NCBI GenBank assembly: GCA_043814605.1
Contig: JBDRJV010000005.1
Location: 11,453 to 75,452 of the forward strand
DNA length: 64,000 bases
Source: Candidatus Omnitrophota bacterium
GTDB taxonomy: Bacteria; Omnitrophota; Gorgyraeia; B26-G9
Direction: 5' to 3'
Made by a program: the position numbers and the translations under genes. Numbering within the stretch: the first letter of the stretch is position 1; the number at the start of each line of letters is the position of its first letter. The notes beneath the pieces were generated by a model, which was not told where the DNA came from, searched no databases, and saw only the letters and a list, made by a program, of their open reading frames with translations. Shown piece after piece: positions 38,311-48,670 of the stretch.

Positions 38311-39900
38311 GTGAAAGAAAACTCACCTCAACAACAAGCATCGTTAAGAGATTATCTATTCATTCTTTTCCACCGAAAAAATTTTTTTTTAATCCCAGCT
38401 TTTATTATTTTTTTTACTGCAACCATCGGCAGTTTTTTCCTGCCCAAATATTATTCATCTTCTGTACTTGTTTTAATGCAGGAAGAAAAAGTTATTAATC
38501 CTTTATCTTCCCAAAGAATTATGGCTAACCCGAATACTACGCTCATGGAGCAATTAAAAACTCTTACAGCTAAAATTCTTAATTATCCACAATTGCTGAT
38601 GGTAATTGAGGGATTAGAGCTGGATAAAAAAATTAAGAATACACTGGAACTTGAGCAATTAATTTTATCAATTAGAAAACACACAGATATCCGGCTTAAG
38701 TCATCTGATGTTTTTGAGGTTATTTATGAAGATAAGGATCCGAAACTTGCTCAACAATTAGTAAATACTTTAGTTAACGCATTTATAAATTTTAATATAA
38801 AAACGAAAGAAGCAATTGCTTTGACGGGTGTTAAATTTGCGCAATCACAAGCGGAAATTTATAAGGAAAAAATAGAAGAATCGGAATTAGCCTTATATGA
38901 ATTCAGGAAAAAATATCCTTTACAGAAACCCGGTAAAGATACAGATATTAATGTTTCGTTATTGATTAATAATCAAACACTTTTAACCAATACTCAATTG
39001 GCTTTAAAGGAAGGGCAAGATCAATTAGTCCGGATTCAGAACCAGTTATCCGGCAGGGTGCCGGTAGAATTGAGTGCAGATCAGATTGCATCTGATCCAA
39101 ATATCGAAACATTAAACACTCAGTTAAAGGCATTACAAAGGCAGCTGGATGATACTATGCAAATTGATCCGGCATCTTCTTTTATTTTAACTCTGAAACT
39201 GCAGATTGATGATTTGAGCCGGCGCTTGAGTGAGCAAACCCAAAAGGTTATTGATTCCTATACACCAGAAACTGAACCTCTGTTTTATCGTCAGCTTGAA
39301 CAAAAAAGTAAAGAAATGATAGAACAAATAAAAAGTTTAAAGCGGCAGGAAAAAGAATTACAAAAAAATGTTGATTTATATGAAGCCAGGATTGATAGTC
39401 TGCCTGAACAGGATAAGATTTATTCGCAGCTTTTAAGGGATAACCGGGTTAATAATAATATCTATGAAATGCTAAGTATGAAAGTTGAGGAAAATAGACT
39501 TGATGCGATTGAATTGCAGCAAATAGGGATTCGCTATGAGATTATTGAAGAAGGAAGAATTCCTTTAAAGCCTTCAAAGCCCAGAAAACTGATTATTTCC
39601 GTCGTGGCGTTTATTTTAGGGATTCTTATGGGGCTGGGATGTGTATTTTTAGTTGAACTGGGGGATCATTCCTTTCGTAATACTGAAGATGCGTGCCGGG
39701 CATTATCAATTCCCGTGATTGGTTCAACCATGAAAATATTAACCCTCGGGCAGCTTTATCAGCTGCGAAAAAAAAGAAATAAAGCAATTGCAATTGTTAT
39801 GATAATTTTCCTGGTTTTTATTATTATTGCCGTGGTCAGTTCTTACTTGCAGGAAAAACAGCTGACGGAGAAAATTATTAGGGAACAGATGCAGAAATAA
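38311..39900 (+). CDS. polysaccharide co-polymerase (Wzz/GumC-like chain-length determinant, PEP-CTERM-locus type)
   Basis: N-terminal TM helix, Wzz motif region, long coiled-coil periplasmic domain, C-terminal TM helix. GTG start 13 nt after AGGAGA. Confidence 0.7.
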   Translation: MKENSPQQQASLRDYLFILFHRKNFFLIPAFIIFFTATIGSFFLPKYYSSSVLVLMQEEKVINPLSSQRIMANPNTTLMEQLKTLTAKILNYPQLLMVIEGLELDKKIKNTLELEQLILSIRKHTDIRLKSSDVFEVIYEDKDPKLAQQLVNTLVNAFINFNIKTKEAIALTGVKFAQSQAEIYKEKIEESELALYEFRKKYPLQKPGKDTDINVSLLINNQTLLTNTQLALKEGQDQLVRIQNQLSGRVPVELSADQIASDPNIETLNTQLKALQRQLDDTMQIDPASSFILTLKLQIDDLSRRLSEQTQKVIDSYTPETEPLFYRQLEQKSKEMIEQIKSLKRQEKELQKNVDLYEARIDSLPEQDKIYSQLLRDNRVNNNIYEMLSMKVEENRLDAIELQQIGIRYEIIEEGRIPLKPSKPRKLIISVVAFILGILMGLGCVFLVELGDHSFRNTEDACRALSIPVIGSTMKILTLGQLYQLRKKRNKAIAIVMIIFLVFIIIAVVSSYLQEKQLTEKIIREQMQK

Positions 39901-39922
39901 ACGGTTAACTTAAGGGAGTTTT

Positions 39923-40627
39923 ATGTTTGCAAGATTTATTGCAAAAATAAAAGACAAAAGCGGCATTGATGCCAGAGTGGTTTCTTATTATAGCCCCGGA
40001 TCAGTTCTGGCGGAACAATACCGTAATATCAGAACGTATATCAGTTCTCTTAACGGCGGGATTTTATGCCGTTCGCTTTGCATTAGCAGTGCTAATTCCG
40101 GAGAAGGCAAAAGCATAACTTGTGTCAATCTGGCTGTAGCAATGGCAGAAGATAAAGAGAAAAAAATTGTTATTGTTAATTCAGATTTCCGATTCGGAAG
40201 TTTAGAATCACTGTTAAATATTAAAGCCGAAAAAGGATTAAGCGATTATTTAAATAATCAAGCTGCGTTAAACGAAGTCTTGGTCCCGACTGAAATTGAA
40301 AATTTAAAAATCTTGCCGGCGGGGAATATCCCAGAAAATCCGGCGGAGATTTTTGCTTCCCAAAAATTGAAAGAATTAGTTGTTGATTTAGAAAAAAATT
40401 ATAATTATATAATTTTTGATACTCCGGCAATTATTCCTTTTGCCGAAGGTAAAATTTTAGGGCCATGCGTAGATGGGGTGTTATTAGTGGTTCAGGCAGG
40501 AAAAACGCGGCGAGAGGTGGTTTGGAGAATAGAAGAAGAACTCAAAAGTGTAAGGGCAAAAATTCTCGGTGTTGTTCTGACTAATGTTGAATATTATATC
40601 CCTGAATATATACATCGCCATTTGTAA
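39923..40627 (+). CDS. BY-kinase (CpsD/CapB-type tyrosine autokinase ATPase domain)
   Basis: Walker A SGEGKS, Walker A' and B motifs, 234 aa. It is separate from the PCP, giving a split PCP-2b arrangement. Confidence 0.75.
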   Translation: MFARFIAKIKDKSGIDARVVSYYSPGSVLAEQYRNIRTYISSLNGGILCRSLCISSANSGEGKSITCVNLAVAMAEDKEKKIVIVNSDFRFGSLESLLNIKAEKGLSDYLNNQAALNEVLVPTEIENLKILPAGNIPENPAEIFASQKLKELVVDLEKNYNYIIFDTPAIIPFAEGKILGPCVDGVLLVVQAGKTRREVVWRIEEELKSVRAKILGVVLTNVEYYIPEYIHRHL

Positions 40628-40663
40628 AATTCTTTTAAAGGAGTATATAAATGTAGGAATTTT

Positions 40664-42160
40664 ATGGCCAAAATCCAAAAACTAGGGTTTTGGTTTTTTT
40701 GTTTAAAATTTAAAAAATATGGATTGAGTATGAATACGGTATCAAGCATCGCGAAAAATTCAATGGCAATGTTAAGTTCTGAAGTTTTGACTAAACTTAT
40801 AACTTTTTCCTTAACCATAATTCTGGCCAGATACTTGGGGGTATTAGCTTTTGGCCAATTTTCTTATCTTTTTGCTTTGGTCATGCTTTTTGAAGTTATG
40901 GCTGATTTTGGCCTGGATAATTTAATGATTCGGGAAATTTCTCAAGATAAACAAAAAACTAAAAATCTGTTAAGTTCGGTATTAACACTTAAAATTATTA
41001 CAGGCTTTATCAGTTTTTGCGCTCTTTTTATGTTTGTATTTTTTTTCCGCAAACAAGATATTCTTATCCGGAGTGCTTTACTTGCCGGTTTAGCTGTATT
41101 CTTTCATTCCTTAGCGAATACTTTTAATTCGGTTTTTACAGCAGAGGAAAGGTTGGATTTAAAAGCTTTATTTAATATAGTTGCAAAACTATTTTTATTA
41201 GTTTTAATTATTATTACGATAAAATTGAATTTTGGCCTATTTGTAGTTTTTGGGGCTTTTTTGTCCGCAGAGATTTTAAGAACAATTATTGGTTTATATG
41301 GTTGTTATAAAAATTTTTCTGTTGTAGCGCTAAATTTCAACCTAAAAACAATAAAATGTTTAGTAAAAACAACGAGCTCATTTGCCTTAATTAGTATCAT
41401 TTCGTTAATCTATTTCAAAATTGATATTATTATGTTATCAATTTTGAAGTCAGATCAAGCGGTTGGCTGGTATAATGCTGCTTATGGGCTTTTTGCCGCT
41501 TTATTATTTATCCCGGAATCATATTGTGCTTCTATTTTTCCTGTACTTTCCCGCTATGCAATATCAGATAAAGAAAAGTTATCTTTTAGTTGGAGCCGTT
41601 CGGTAAAATATCTGATTATGGTAAGTGTGCCGATTGTTGTCAGTGTTTTTATTCTAAATCAAAGAATTATCACTCTTTTTTATTCGGAGGCATACATTCC
41701 TTCCGCCGCTTGTCTGAAAATTTTGATTTTTACAATTCCGTGGGTTTTTGTAAATGCAATTAATATGAGATTGTTATTTGCTTGTAATCAGCAAAAGCCG
41801 GCAACGGTAGTGGCTTTAATCAGCCTGCTCCTCAATGTGGTTTTTAATTTTATTTTAATCCCTAAATTTTCTTACCTTGGGGCTTCTTGGGCAACACTTA
41901 TTGTTGAAATTATTAATGTCAGTATTTATTTTGTTTTAGTATCAAAAATCCTGGGTTTAAAACTAAAAGAATTCGTAATATTGGCCAAGATAATTTTTGC
42001 TTCAGTACTCATGGGAGTATTTATTGAGTTTTTTAAAACCAGCTATTTATTATTTATTATTTTAGGTGCAACCGCGCTTTATTTATTTTTTATATTTAAA
42101 TTACATATTATTGATAAAAAAGATAAAGAATTGTTTGGTCAAATTAAATTTAAATTTTAA
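40664..42160 (+). CDS. Wzx-like polysaccharide flippase (MOP superfamily)
   Basis: About 12-14 TM helices, polysaccharide biosynthesis protein pattern. An alternative start is ATG 40730. Confidence 0.65.
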   Translation: MAKIQKLGFWFFCLKFKKYGLSMNTVSSIAKNSMAMLSSEVLTKLITFSLTIILARYLGVLAFGQFSYLFALVMLFEVMADFGLDNLMIREISQDKQKTKNLLSSVLTLKIITGFISFCALFMFVFFFRKQDILIRSALLAGLAVFFHSLANTFNSVFTAEERLDLKALFNIVAKLFLLVLIIITIKLNFGLFVVFGAFLSAEILRTIIGLYGCYKNFSVVALNFNLKTIKCLVKTTSSFALISIISLIYFKIDIIMLSILKSDQAVGWYNAAYGLFAALLFIPESYCASIFPVLSRYAISDKEKLSFSWSRSVKYLIMVSVPIVVSVFILNQRIITLFYSEAYIPSAACLKILIFTIPWVFVNAINMRLLFACNQQKPATVVALISLLLNVVFNFILIPKFSYLGASWATLIVEIINVSIYFVLVSKILGLKLKEFVILAKIIFASVLMGVFIEFFKTSYLLFIILGATALYLFFIFKLHIIDKKDKELFGQIKFKF

Positions 42161-42194
42161 ATGTGAAAGGATATTTTTTATCGGAGATTAGAGA

Positions 42195-43136
42195 ATGAGA
42201 TTAACAATTGTAATTGTAAATTGGAACAGTGCGGAATATATAGAAAGATGCCTTAAGTCAATTTTTGCACAGTGCCATAATTTATTATTTGAAATTATTG
42301 TTGTGGATAATGCATCTTGTGATGAAAGTGTGGATTTAATAAAATCAAAATTCAAATCAGTAGTTCTTATCGAAAATAAAAATAACCCAGGATTTGCCGC
42401 GGCGAATAATCAAGCAATTTTAAAGTCTAATTCTGAATATGTATTATTTTTAAATCCGGATACAGAGATTTTAGACAATGCCGTAGGCAGAATGGTTGAT
42501 TTCTTAGATAAAAATAAAGATTTTTGCGGTGTGGGGCCATGTATTTTAAATGCGGATGGCACCATACAATTTACTTGTGCCCGTAATTTTCCTAATCCTT
42601 TTACAGAATTATGTTCGTATATGTCTTTTCTAAAAAACCTAAGATCCCGGCGGCCTTTTGGCAATTACCTTATGAATTATTGGGATCATCGTGATTCTCG
42701 GCAAGTTAATGTTTTATCCGGCGCTTGTATGATGTTTTCTCACAAGGTGTTAGCAGAAATTAATAATTTTAATGAAAAATACTTTATGTATGCAGAAGAT
42801 CTTGACCTTTGCCGGGCAATCAAAAATAAAGGGGGAAAACTTTGGTACCTTTCCGCAGCTAAAATAATTCATCACGGGGGAAAGAGTTCGGGTTTGGTTA
42901 CAGGATTAACTTATGTCCGTTATTATGAATCAATGTATTTTTTTTATAAGCAATACCACGGGATTTTTGTGGCAGTTATTTATAAATATTTTTTATTATT
43001 TTATGCTTTACTGGTAAATTTAAAGGCACGCAGTAAGCTGATATTTGCTAGGGGAAAAGATGTAAATTTTCACAGAAGTAAGATTAGGGGTACAAATAAT
43101 CTGATAAACTGGTGTGTTAGATCAGGGATAAATTAA
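42195..43136 (+). CDS. family 2 glycosyltransferase
   Basis: TIVIVNWNSAEYIERCL ... DNASCDESV; DXD-type GT-A fold. Confidence 0.8.
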   Translation: MRLTIVIVNWNSAEYIERCLKSIFAQCHNLLFEIIVVDNASCDESVDLIKSKFKSVVLIENKNNPGFAAANNQAILKSNSEYVLFLNPDTEILDNAVGRMVDFLDKNKDFCGVGPCILNADGTIQFTCARNFPNPFTELCSYMSFLKNLRSRRPFGNYLMNYWDHRDSRQVNVLSGACMMFSHKVLAEINNFNEKYFMYAEDLDLCRAIKNKGGKLWYLSAAKIIHHGGKSSGLVTGLTYVRYYESMYFFYKQYHGIFVAVIYKYFLLFYALLVNLKARSKLIFARGKDVNFHRSKIRGTNNLINWCVRSGIN

Positions 43137-44548
43137 TGGAAGAGAGCAGAAAAAAAATTTATTTAAATGATGAAAAACCATTAATAGAATTACCGGGTTT
43201 AATCCTGTTTTTTATAATAATTTTTTCTTTTTTATTGGGATTATCCTTATTGGTAATGCCTTGGTATATTCCTTTGGCTTTAGTGCTTATGGTGGGTATT
43301 ATTGCGGGTATTTTTATTAATCCATATTTGGGTGTAGTAATTTTTATTGCCGGAGCTTTTTTACATCCCACTCAATATATAACAGCCTTACGAGATTTCC
43401 ATCTGGCGATAACTTTAGCCATTATGGTTTCTCTGACTTTAGGTTTTCACACCCTGGTTTATCGGGATTTAAAATTTGTCAAAGCGCCGCAAAATGTTTT
43501 AATTATTATATTAGGTGGTCTATACTTTTTATCCAGTTTGCGCTATCCGGATTATTCGTTATCATTTTTTTTAGAATTCATTCCTAAGATTTTAATTGTG
43601 TATTTTTTAATAATTTTACTAGTAAAAACCAGAACACAGGCGGTTTTTCTTTTTTGGGTATTATTTGCTTTGGCGATTATTGTATCGATTGCCGCAATTA
43701 TCCAGCATAAAATGGGGTTAGGGCTTTATTATCGGATTGAAGGAATTACCCGGGTAAGCGGGACAGAGGTGGATCCTAATTTTTTTGCGATTCAATTAGT
43801 GATGCTGGTACCGATATTATTATATTTGTTTTTAGCTAAACGTAATTTACTAATCCGGGCATTATTGCTATTCGGGCTGGGACTTTTGTTGCTCGCAGTT
43901 GTTTTTACATATTCCCGGACGGGAATGCTTGCGTTACTTTTTTCTTTAGCAATTTTTGTGGTAAAGCCTGTTTTTAGTAAACAAAAAAACTGGATTCCGC
44001 TTATTTGTGCAATTCTGGCGATAATCATGTTTTTGCCTTTTATTCCTCAGAAATATTGGGAAAGAGTAAAAACGATTACTGATTTTGAAGATCCGGCAAT
44101 CAGAGCCAGATTAGATACGTGGCGTATCGGAGCAGAAATTATCACTGAGAATCCGATAATCGGTATTGGTTACGGAGCTTTTAAATTTGAGTATGGGGAA
44201 AGAGCAGCATCATCTCCGTATGTGGATACGAAAGCTTATCTAGTTGCGCATAATTCTTATGTTGAACTAGGAGCAGAATCAGGCCTGTTGGCACTTTTAG
44301 TTTTTTTTGCGCTGATCATTTACACTTTTAATTATTTAAAAAAAGCACGGGAAAATTTTATAATTCAACGAGACTATTATTTATATCACTTAACTTGTGC
44401 TTTAGAAAATAGTTTTTATGTTTTTTTAATTGGAGCTTTCTTTCTTTCGATAATGCATTTAATGATATTATGGATTGTGCTGGGATTGGCGGTGGTAATG
44501 AAGAATGTTTCAGACCACAATAATGCTGAATTCATGGCAAACCTTTGA
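43136..44548 (+). CDS. O-antigen ligase/Wzy-like polymerase family membrane protein
   Basis: Polytopic protein with the Wzy_C signature AHNSYVELGAESGLLAL and a YSRTG loop. Confidence 0.65.
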   Translation: MEESRKKIYLNDEKPLIELPGLILFFIIIFSFLLGLSLLVMPWYIPLALVLMVGIIAGIFINPYLGVVIFIAGAFLHPTQYITALRDFHLAITLAIMVSLTLGFHTLVYRDLKFVKAPQNVLIIILGGLYFLSSLRYPDYSLSFFLEFIPKILIVYFLIILLVKTRTQAVFLFWVLFALAIIVSIAAIIQHKMGLGLYYRIEGITRVSGTEVDPNFFAIQLVMLVPILLYLFLAKRNLLIRALLLFGLGLLLLAVVFTYSRTGMLALLFSLAIFVVKPVFSKQKNWIPLICAILAIIMFLPFIPQKYWERVKTITDFEDPAIRARLDTWRIGAEIITENPIIGIGYGAFKFEYGERAASSPYVDTKAYLVAHNSYVELGAESGLLALLVFFALIIYTFNYLKKARENFIIQRDYYLYHLTCALENSFYVFLIGAFFLSIMHLMILWIVLGLAVVMKNVSDHNNAEFMANL

Positions 44549-44554
44549 TGAGGA

Positions 44555-45682
44555 ATGGTGCATAAAAAAAATATTTTAGAACTCATTGCAATGCCCAGAG
44601 TTTCGCCGGGATTATCCGGCGGAGATCGGGTGATTATTCAGCTGGGGAAAGCTTTTGCTTTGGATGAGGATAAAAAAGTAACGATTTGCATATTGCGTGA
44701 TGATCAGACACTTGAGTCAAAGTTAAAAAAAGAAGCGGACAAATTAAATCTTCCTAATATTTTTATCGAAATGAAGAGCAAGTTTGATTTAAGCGCGATC
44801 TTTAAATTAAGAAAGATTTTAAAAAATCTGAATATTGAAATTTTACATACGCATGGCTATAAAGCGGATTTGATTGGTTTTTTTGCCGGGTTGTTTTTAG
44901 AAATTAAACTTCTTAGTACGGTGCACGGCTGGATTGGGGATACTTTTTTAGTAAAAATTTATGATTTTATGGATAAAGTGGTATTAAGAGGATTTGATAA
45001 TATTGTCGTGGTTTGCGAGAAGTTTAAATTAGATTTGATTAAATTTGGCATAAATAAAAATAAAATTAAAATTATCCATAACGGGATTGATTTGAATGAA
45101 ATCATTAAAAAAAGACCAGATAGGGAAACTAAGAATTTTTTGAGAATTGCAGAGGATAAAAAAGTGATTACAGTTATTGGCCGGCTGAGTTTAGAAAAAG
45201 GGCATAAATATTTTCTCGCGGCGGCAAAAAAGCTTGTTTGGGAGAATCAAGATTTAGTTTTTCTCATAGTCGGAGACGGACCTTTAGAATCAGAGCTGAA
45301 AAGAATGGCCAGGATTTATAATATAGAGGATAAAGTTATTTTTGCCGGTTTTAGAGATGATGTAGCAGATATAATTTCAATTTCCGATGTAATTGTTCTG
45401 CCTTCTTTGTCCGAGGGGTTTCCCCTGGTAATTCTGGAGGCAATGAGTATGGCCAAACCGGTTGTGGCAACAGATGTGGGAGATGTGAAATTTTTGGTTA
45501 AAGACACAGAGACGGGTGTTTGTGTTAAACCCGCACAAACGAATCAGATTCAGGCGGCAATCAATAAGATTTTAACTAATCCAAATTTGGCTCAGGAAAT
45601 GGCAAATCAAGGAAAAAAATTAGTGAACCGAGAATATAAGATTGAAAACATGATTGAAAAATATAAAGAAATTTATGAATAA
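44555..45682 (+). CDS. family 4 (GT-B) glycosyltransferase
   Basis: EGFPLVILEAMSMAKPVVATDVGD, an EX7E-type motif. Confidence 0.8.
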   Translation: MVHKKNILELIAMPRVSPGLSGGDRVIIQLGKAFALDEDKKVTICILRDDQTLESKLKKEADKLNLPNIFIEMKSKFDLSAIFKLRKILKNLNIEILHTHGYKADLIGFFAGLFLEIKLLSTVHGWIGDTFLVKIYDFMDKVVLRGFDNIVVVCEKFKLDLIKFGINKNKIKIIHNGIDLNEIIKKRPDRETKNFLRIAEDKKVITVIGRLSLEKGHKYFLAAAKKLVWENQDLVFLIVGDGPLESELKRMARIYNIEDKVIFAGFRDDVADIISISDVIVLPSLSEGFPLVILEAMSMAKPVVATDVGDVKFLVKDTETGVCVKPAQTNQIQAAINKILTNPNLAQEMANQGKKLVNREYKIENMIEKYKEIYE

Positions 45683-46943
45683 TAACCAGAAAAATTATAA
45701 AAGTTTAAAAATTCTAATGGTTACAGATTCTTTTTATCCCGATGGGATTGGCGGAAAACATACTTATGTCTACAATCTGGCAAAAGCTTTTAAAAAACTG
45801 GGACACCAAATATATATTTTAACGATTAAGATAGAAAAGGATCTCCCGGAGCGAGAAATTATTGAGGGAATTGAAGTATTCAGATATCGTGCCCAGGTAA
45901 CGGGCAGGCTGGTTTTTTTATTTCGGCCGCTGAGCAGCTTTTATCATATTGGTAAATTATACACGGAACATTTAAAAGGAATAAATTTTGACATAATTCA
46001 TTTCCATTCTCTTTTGCCGGCATTTGGTCTTTTGTTCAGTAAGTATCTGAAAAATAAGAAAAAGATTTTTACTTTTCATGCTTCGACTTACCAAGAGGTA
46101 GTTGTTCAAAGCCGGAAGAAGAAATATGCTTATGGATTAAATCCCTTGATGTTTTGGGCAATAAGATTTATTGAAAAATATACTCTTTCCCGTTCCGATA
46201 ATATCAGCGTCTTAAGTGAATTTAACGCTGGGCAATTACAAAAACTCTATAAAATACCACGTGCTAAGATTAAAGTCATCCCGGGAGGCGTGGACATAGA
46301 TATTTTTCAACCAGCAGAAAATAAAACAACTCTTAGACAAAAACTGGGCTGGGAAAAAGATGCGGTTTATATTTTAACTGTTCGCCGGCTGGTGGCGCGG
46401 ATGGGAATAGACAATTTAATTAAAGCCATAAAAAATGTTTTAGAAAACCGTAAAGAAGTGTATTTAATTATTGCCGGTGATGGATTCTTAAAGCCGGAAT
46501 TAGAACTTTTGATTTCTCAGCTAAAATTAGAAAAAAATGTGAGACTTTTAGGCCGAGTGACTAATCCAGATTTATTCATGTATTATCAGGCAGCGGATTT
46601 TTTTGTTTTACCAACGCAAGAATTAGAAGGTTTTGGTTTAGTAAGCTTAGAATCATTGTCTTGCGGGCTGCCAGTTTTAGGAACACCGGTAGGAGGTACG
46701 ATTGAAATTATTAGAAAATTTGATGAAAATTTGCTTTTTAAAGATGCCAGTATTGATGCGATCAGTGAGGGGATTATGAACTTTTTAGAACGGATAAAGG
46801 AGTGGCCGCAGATTAGTGTTCAAGCAAGAAATTTTGCTCAAAACAATTATTCCTGGAGTAAAATCGCTGAGAAAAATGAAGATTTTTTCAGGGAAATTAT
46901 GAGCGGGAATTCACTGCTTCAGAAAAAGTTTTGGGCTGAGTGA
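45675..46943 (+). CDS. family 4 (GT-B) glycosyltransferase
   Basis: EGFGLVSLESLSCGLPVLGTPVGG. ATG overlaps the upstream stop; the longer frame from 45654 was rejected. Confidence 0.8.
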   Translation: MNNNQKNYKSLKILMVTDSFYPDGIGGKHTYVYNLAKAFKKLGHQIYILTIKIEKDLPEREIIEGIEVFRYRAQVTGRLVFLFRPLSSFYHIGKLYTEHLKGINFDIIHFHSLLPAFGLLFSKYLKNKKKIFTFHASTYQEVVVQSRKKKYAYGLNPLMFWAIRFIEKYTLSRSDNISVLSEFNAGQLQKLYKIPRAKIKVIPGGVDIDIFQPAENKTTLRQKLGWEKDAVYILTVRRLVARMGIDNLIKAIKNVLENRKEVYLIIAGDGFLKPELELLISQLKLEKNVRLLGRVTNPDLFMYYQAADFFVLPTQELEGFGLVSLESLSCGLPVLGTPVGGTIEIIRKFDENLLFKDASIDAISEGIMNFLERIKEWPQISVQARNFAQNNYSWSKIAEKNEDFFREIMSGNSLLQKKFWAE

Positions 46944-46984
46944 TTTTAATTTTAGATAAAAAAACCGAATAATTTCAATTATGG

Positions 46985-48661
46985 ATGGGATTTAATTTTT
47001 TGAAGAAGAACATATTAATTTTAGCTATGGTGTTAATTGGTGTTAGCGCTCAGGGTTATGCCAAAAACAGTATTAACATTTTTCCTGACCCGATTAATGT
47101 GCAGTTCTACGATTATGAAGTTCCGCTGACTCATTTTTGGGAAATTGTAATTTTAGAATCAAATGCGGAGCTCTCTCAAATTATAGACTATTTTAATGAG
47201 CAGCTGTTTGAAAAAGTAAATTATAAGCTGCCGGTTATTACCACAAATAATTTGCTTAAAAAACAATTGATTATTGGACGAAATAATACTGAGGCTTTAA
47301 AAGCTGTAGGATTTACATCCGAGCAATTGCCCAATGATCAAGGGTATATTTTAGAAATAACTAAAAATAATATTTTTATCATCGGAGAAAATATCAGAGG
47401 TATTTTTTATGGGATACAAAGCTTTTTGCAAATGTTAAATAATGGACAGGCTCAATTGCCGGGAGTTAGAATTGTAGATTATCCCAAAAATCTAATTCGA
47501 GCCGTGCATTTTTGCGCGGGAGATTTTAATGATATTGAAAGACAGCTAGATTTCTTATCAACTTTAAAAATTAATACAGTAATTCTGGACAGTTGGGTTT
47601 TTTTTAACTTAGAGAACAGAGAAAATCAGAACAAAATAAAAAAAGCTAAAAAAATAGCCGATAAATATTTTATAGAAATTATCCCGGAAATACAAAGTTT
47701 TGGTGCCCCGGGCGGAGTTTTGACTAAAGATCCTTATTGTGTTGAGGCCGAATACGTTCGGGAACAGCGGTTTTATTTTTTTAATAATGAAGCTCTCCCC
47801 TTAGTGCGGGGAAAAAAAGCATTGACTAATGTTGTTAAAACAGAATCTGCTCCCGTAATTATAAAAAGCATTGAGGGTATTGTATATCAGGAAGGGATTG
47901 ATTATAAAGTTATTCTCGGAAAAATTAAACCAAAGTTTAAGGAAAATAACCAGACGCAGATTATCCGGTTAGCCGGGGGGAAAATTAATCCCGGGCAGGA
48001 AGTGCGGATTAGTTATGATCAAATACTCTGGCTAGATTCATTTGCGGAATGGAAGATTCCCTATTGTCCGTCTGAGCCCAGAACATATGAAATAATGTTT
48101 TCGGCTCTAGAAAATATTTACAAAATTATAAAACCGCGATTTATCAGTATTGGGCACGATGAAATTAGGGGGATGAATAAGGATTCACGCTGTTTAAGAA
48201 GAAATATGTCCAATGCCGAACTTTTAGCGGATGAAATCAATCAGTTAAATAATTATGCGAAGAATTTAGATCCAAATCTGCGTCTTTTAATGTGGGACGA
48301 CATGATCAACCCCTGGCATAATGGCAGTAATGAAAATTATCAGCTTGGTTTTCACGGCCCCCAGGGTGCAACTCAAGATGCGGTAAAACTTATATCTAAA
48401 GATGTATTAATGATGATTTGGTGGACTGAAGCCAAGGATTGGCTGCATAAAATGGAAAATAGTTTGGATTATTTTAAGAAACAGGGTTTTAATTTTTTCG
48501 CTTTTTGTTATGATAATGAGGAGAATATAAAAAAATGGGTTCAGTTAATTAATAATCGATCAGATTGTTTGGGGATTATTTGCGCGAGTTGGTGGGGGTT
48601 TGACAAAAGTAAAGAATGGTTTAAAAAAACAGCCTATTGGTCATGGCGAGGGGTTTTTTAG
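46985..48661 (+). CDS. secreted hypothetical protein, possibly GH20-like TIM-barrel glycosidase
   Basis: Signal peptide. VRIVDYPKNLIRAVHFCAGDFNDIERQLDFLSTLKINTVILDS loosely resembles the start of the GH20 catalytic domain. Confidence 0.3.
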   Translation: MGFNFLKKNILILAMVLIGVSAQGYAKNSINIFPDPINVQFYDYEVPLTHFWEIVILESNAELSQIIDYFNEQLFEKVNYKLPVITTNNLLKKQLIIGRNNTEALKAVGFTSEQLPNDQGYILEITKNNIFIIGENIRGIFYGIQSFLQMLNNGQAQLPGVRIVDYPKNLIRAVHFCAGDFNDIERQLDFLSTLKINTVILDSWVFFNLENRENQNKIKKAKKIADKYFIEIIPEIQSFGAPGGVLTKDPYCVEAEYVREQRFYFFNNEALPLVRGKKALTNVVKTESAPVIIKSIEGIVYQEGIDYKVILGKIKPKFKENNQTQIIRLAGGKINPGQEVRISYDQILWLDSFAEWKIPYCPSEPRTYEIMFSALENIYKIIKPRFISIGHDEIRGMNKDSRCLRRNMSNAELLADEINQLNNYAKNLDPNLRLLMWDDMINPWHNGSNENYQLGFHGPQGATQDAVKLISKDVLMMIWWTEAKDWLHKMENSLDYFKKQGFNFFAFCYDNEENIKKWVQLINNRSDCLGIICASWWGFDKSKEWFKKTAYWSWRGVF

Positions 48662-48670
48662 GGAATAAAT

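Noticed and set aside
38289-38498. 69-aa ORF overlapping the start of the Wzz-like gene.
   Set aside because: It is in a different frame from the clearly homologous 529-aa PCP protein, low complexity, and without its own ribosome-binding site.
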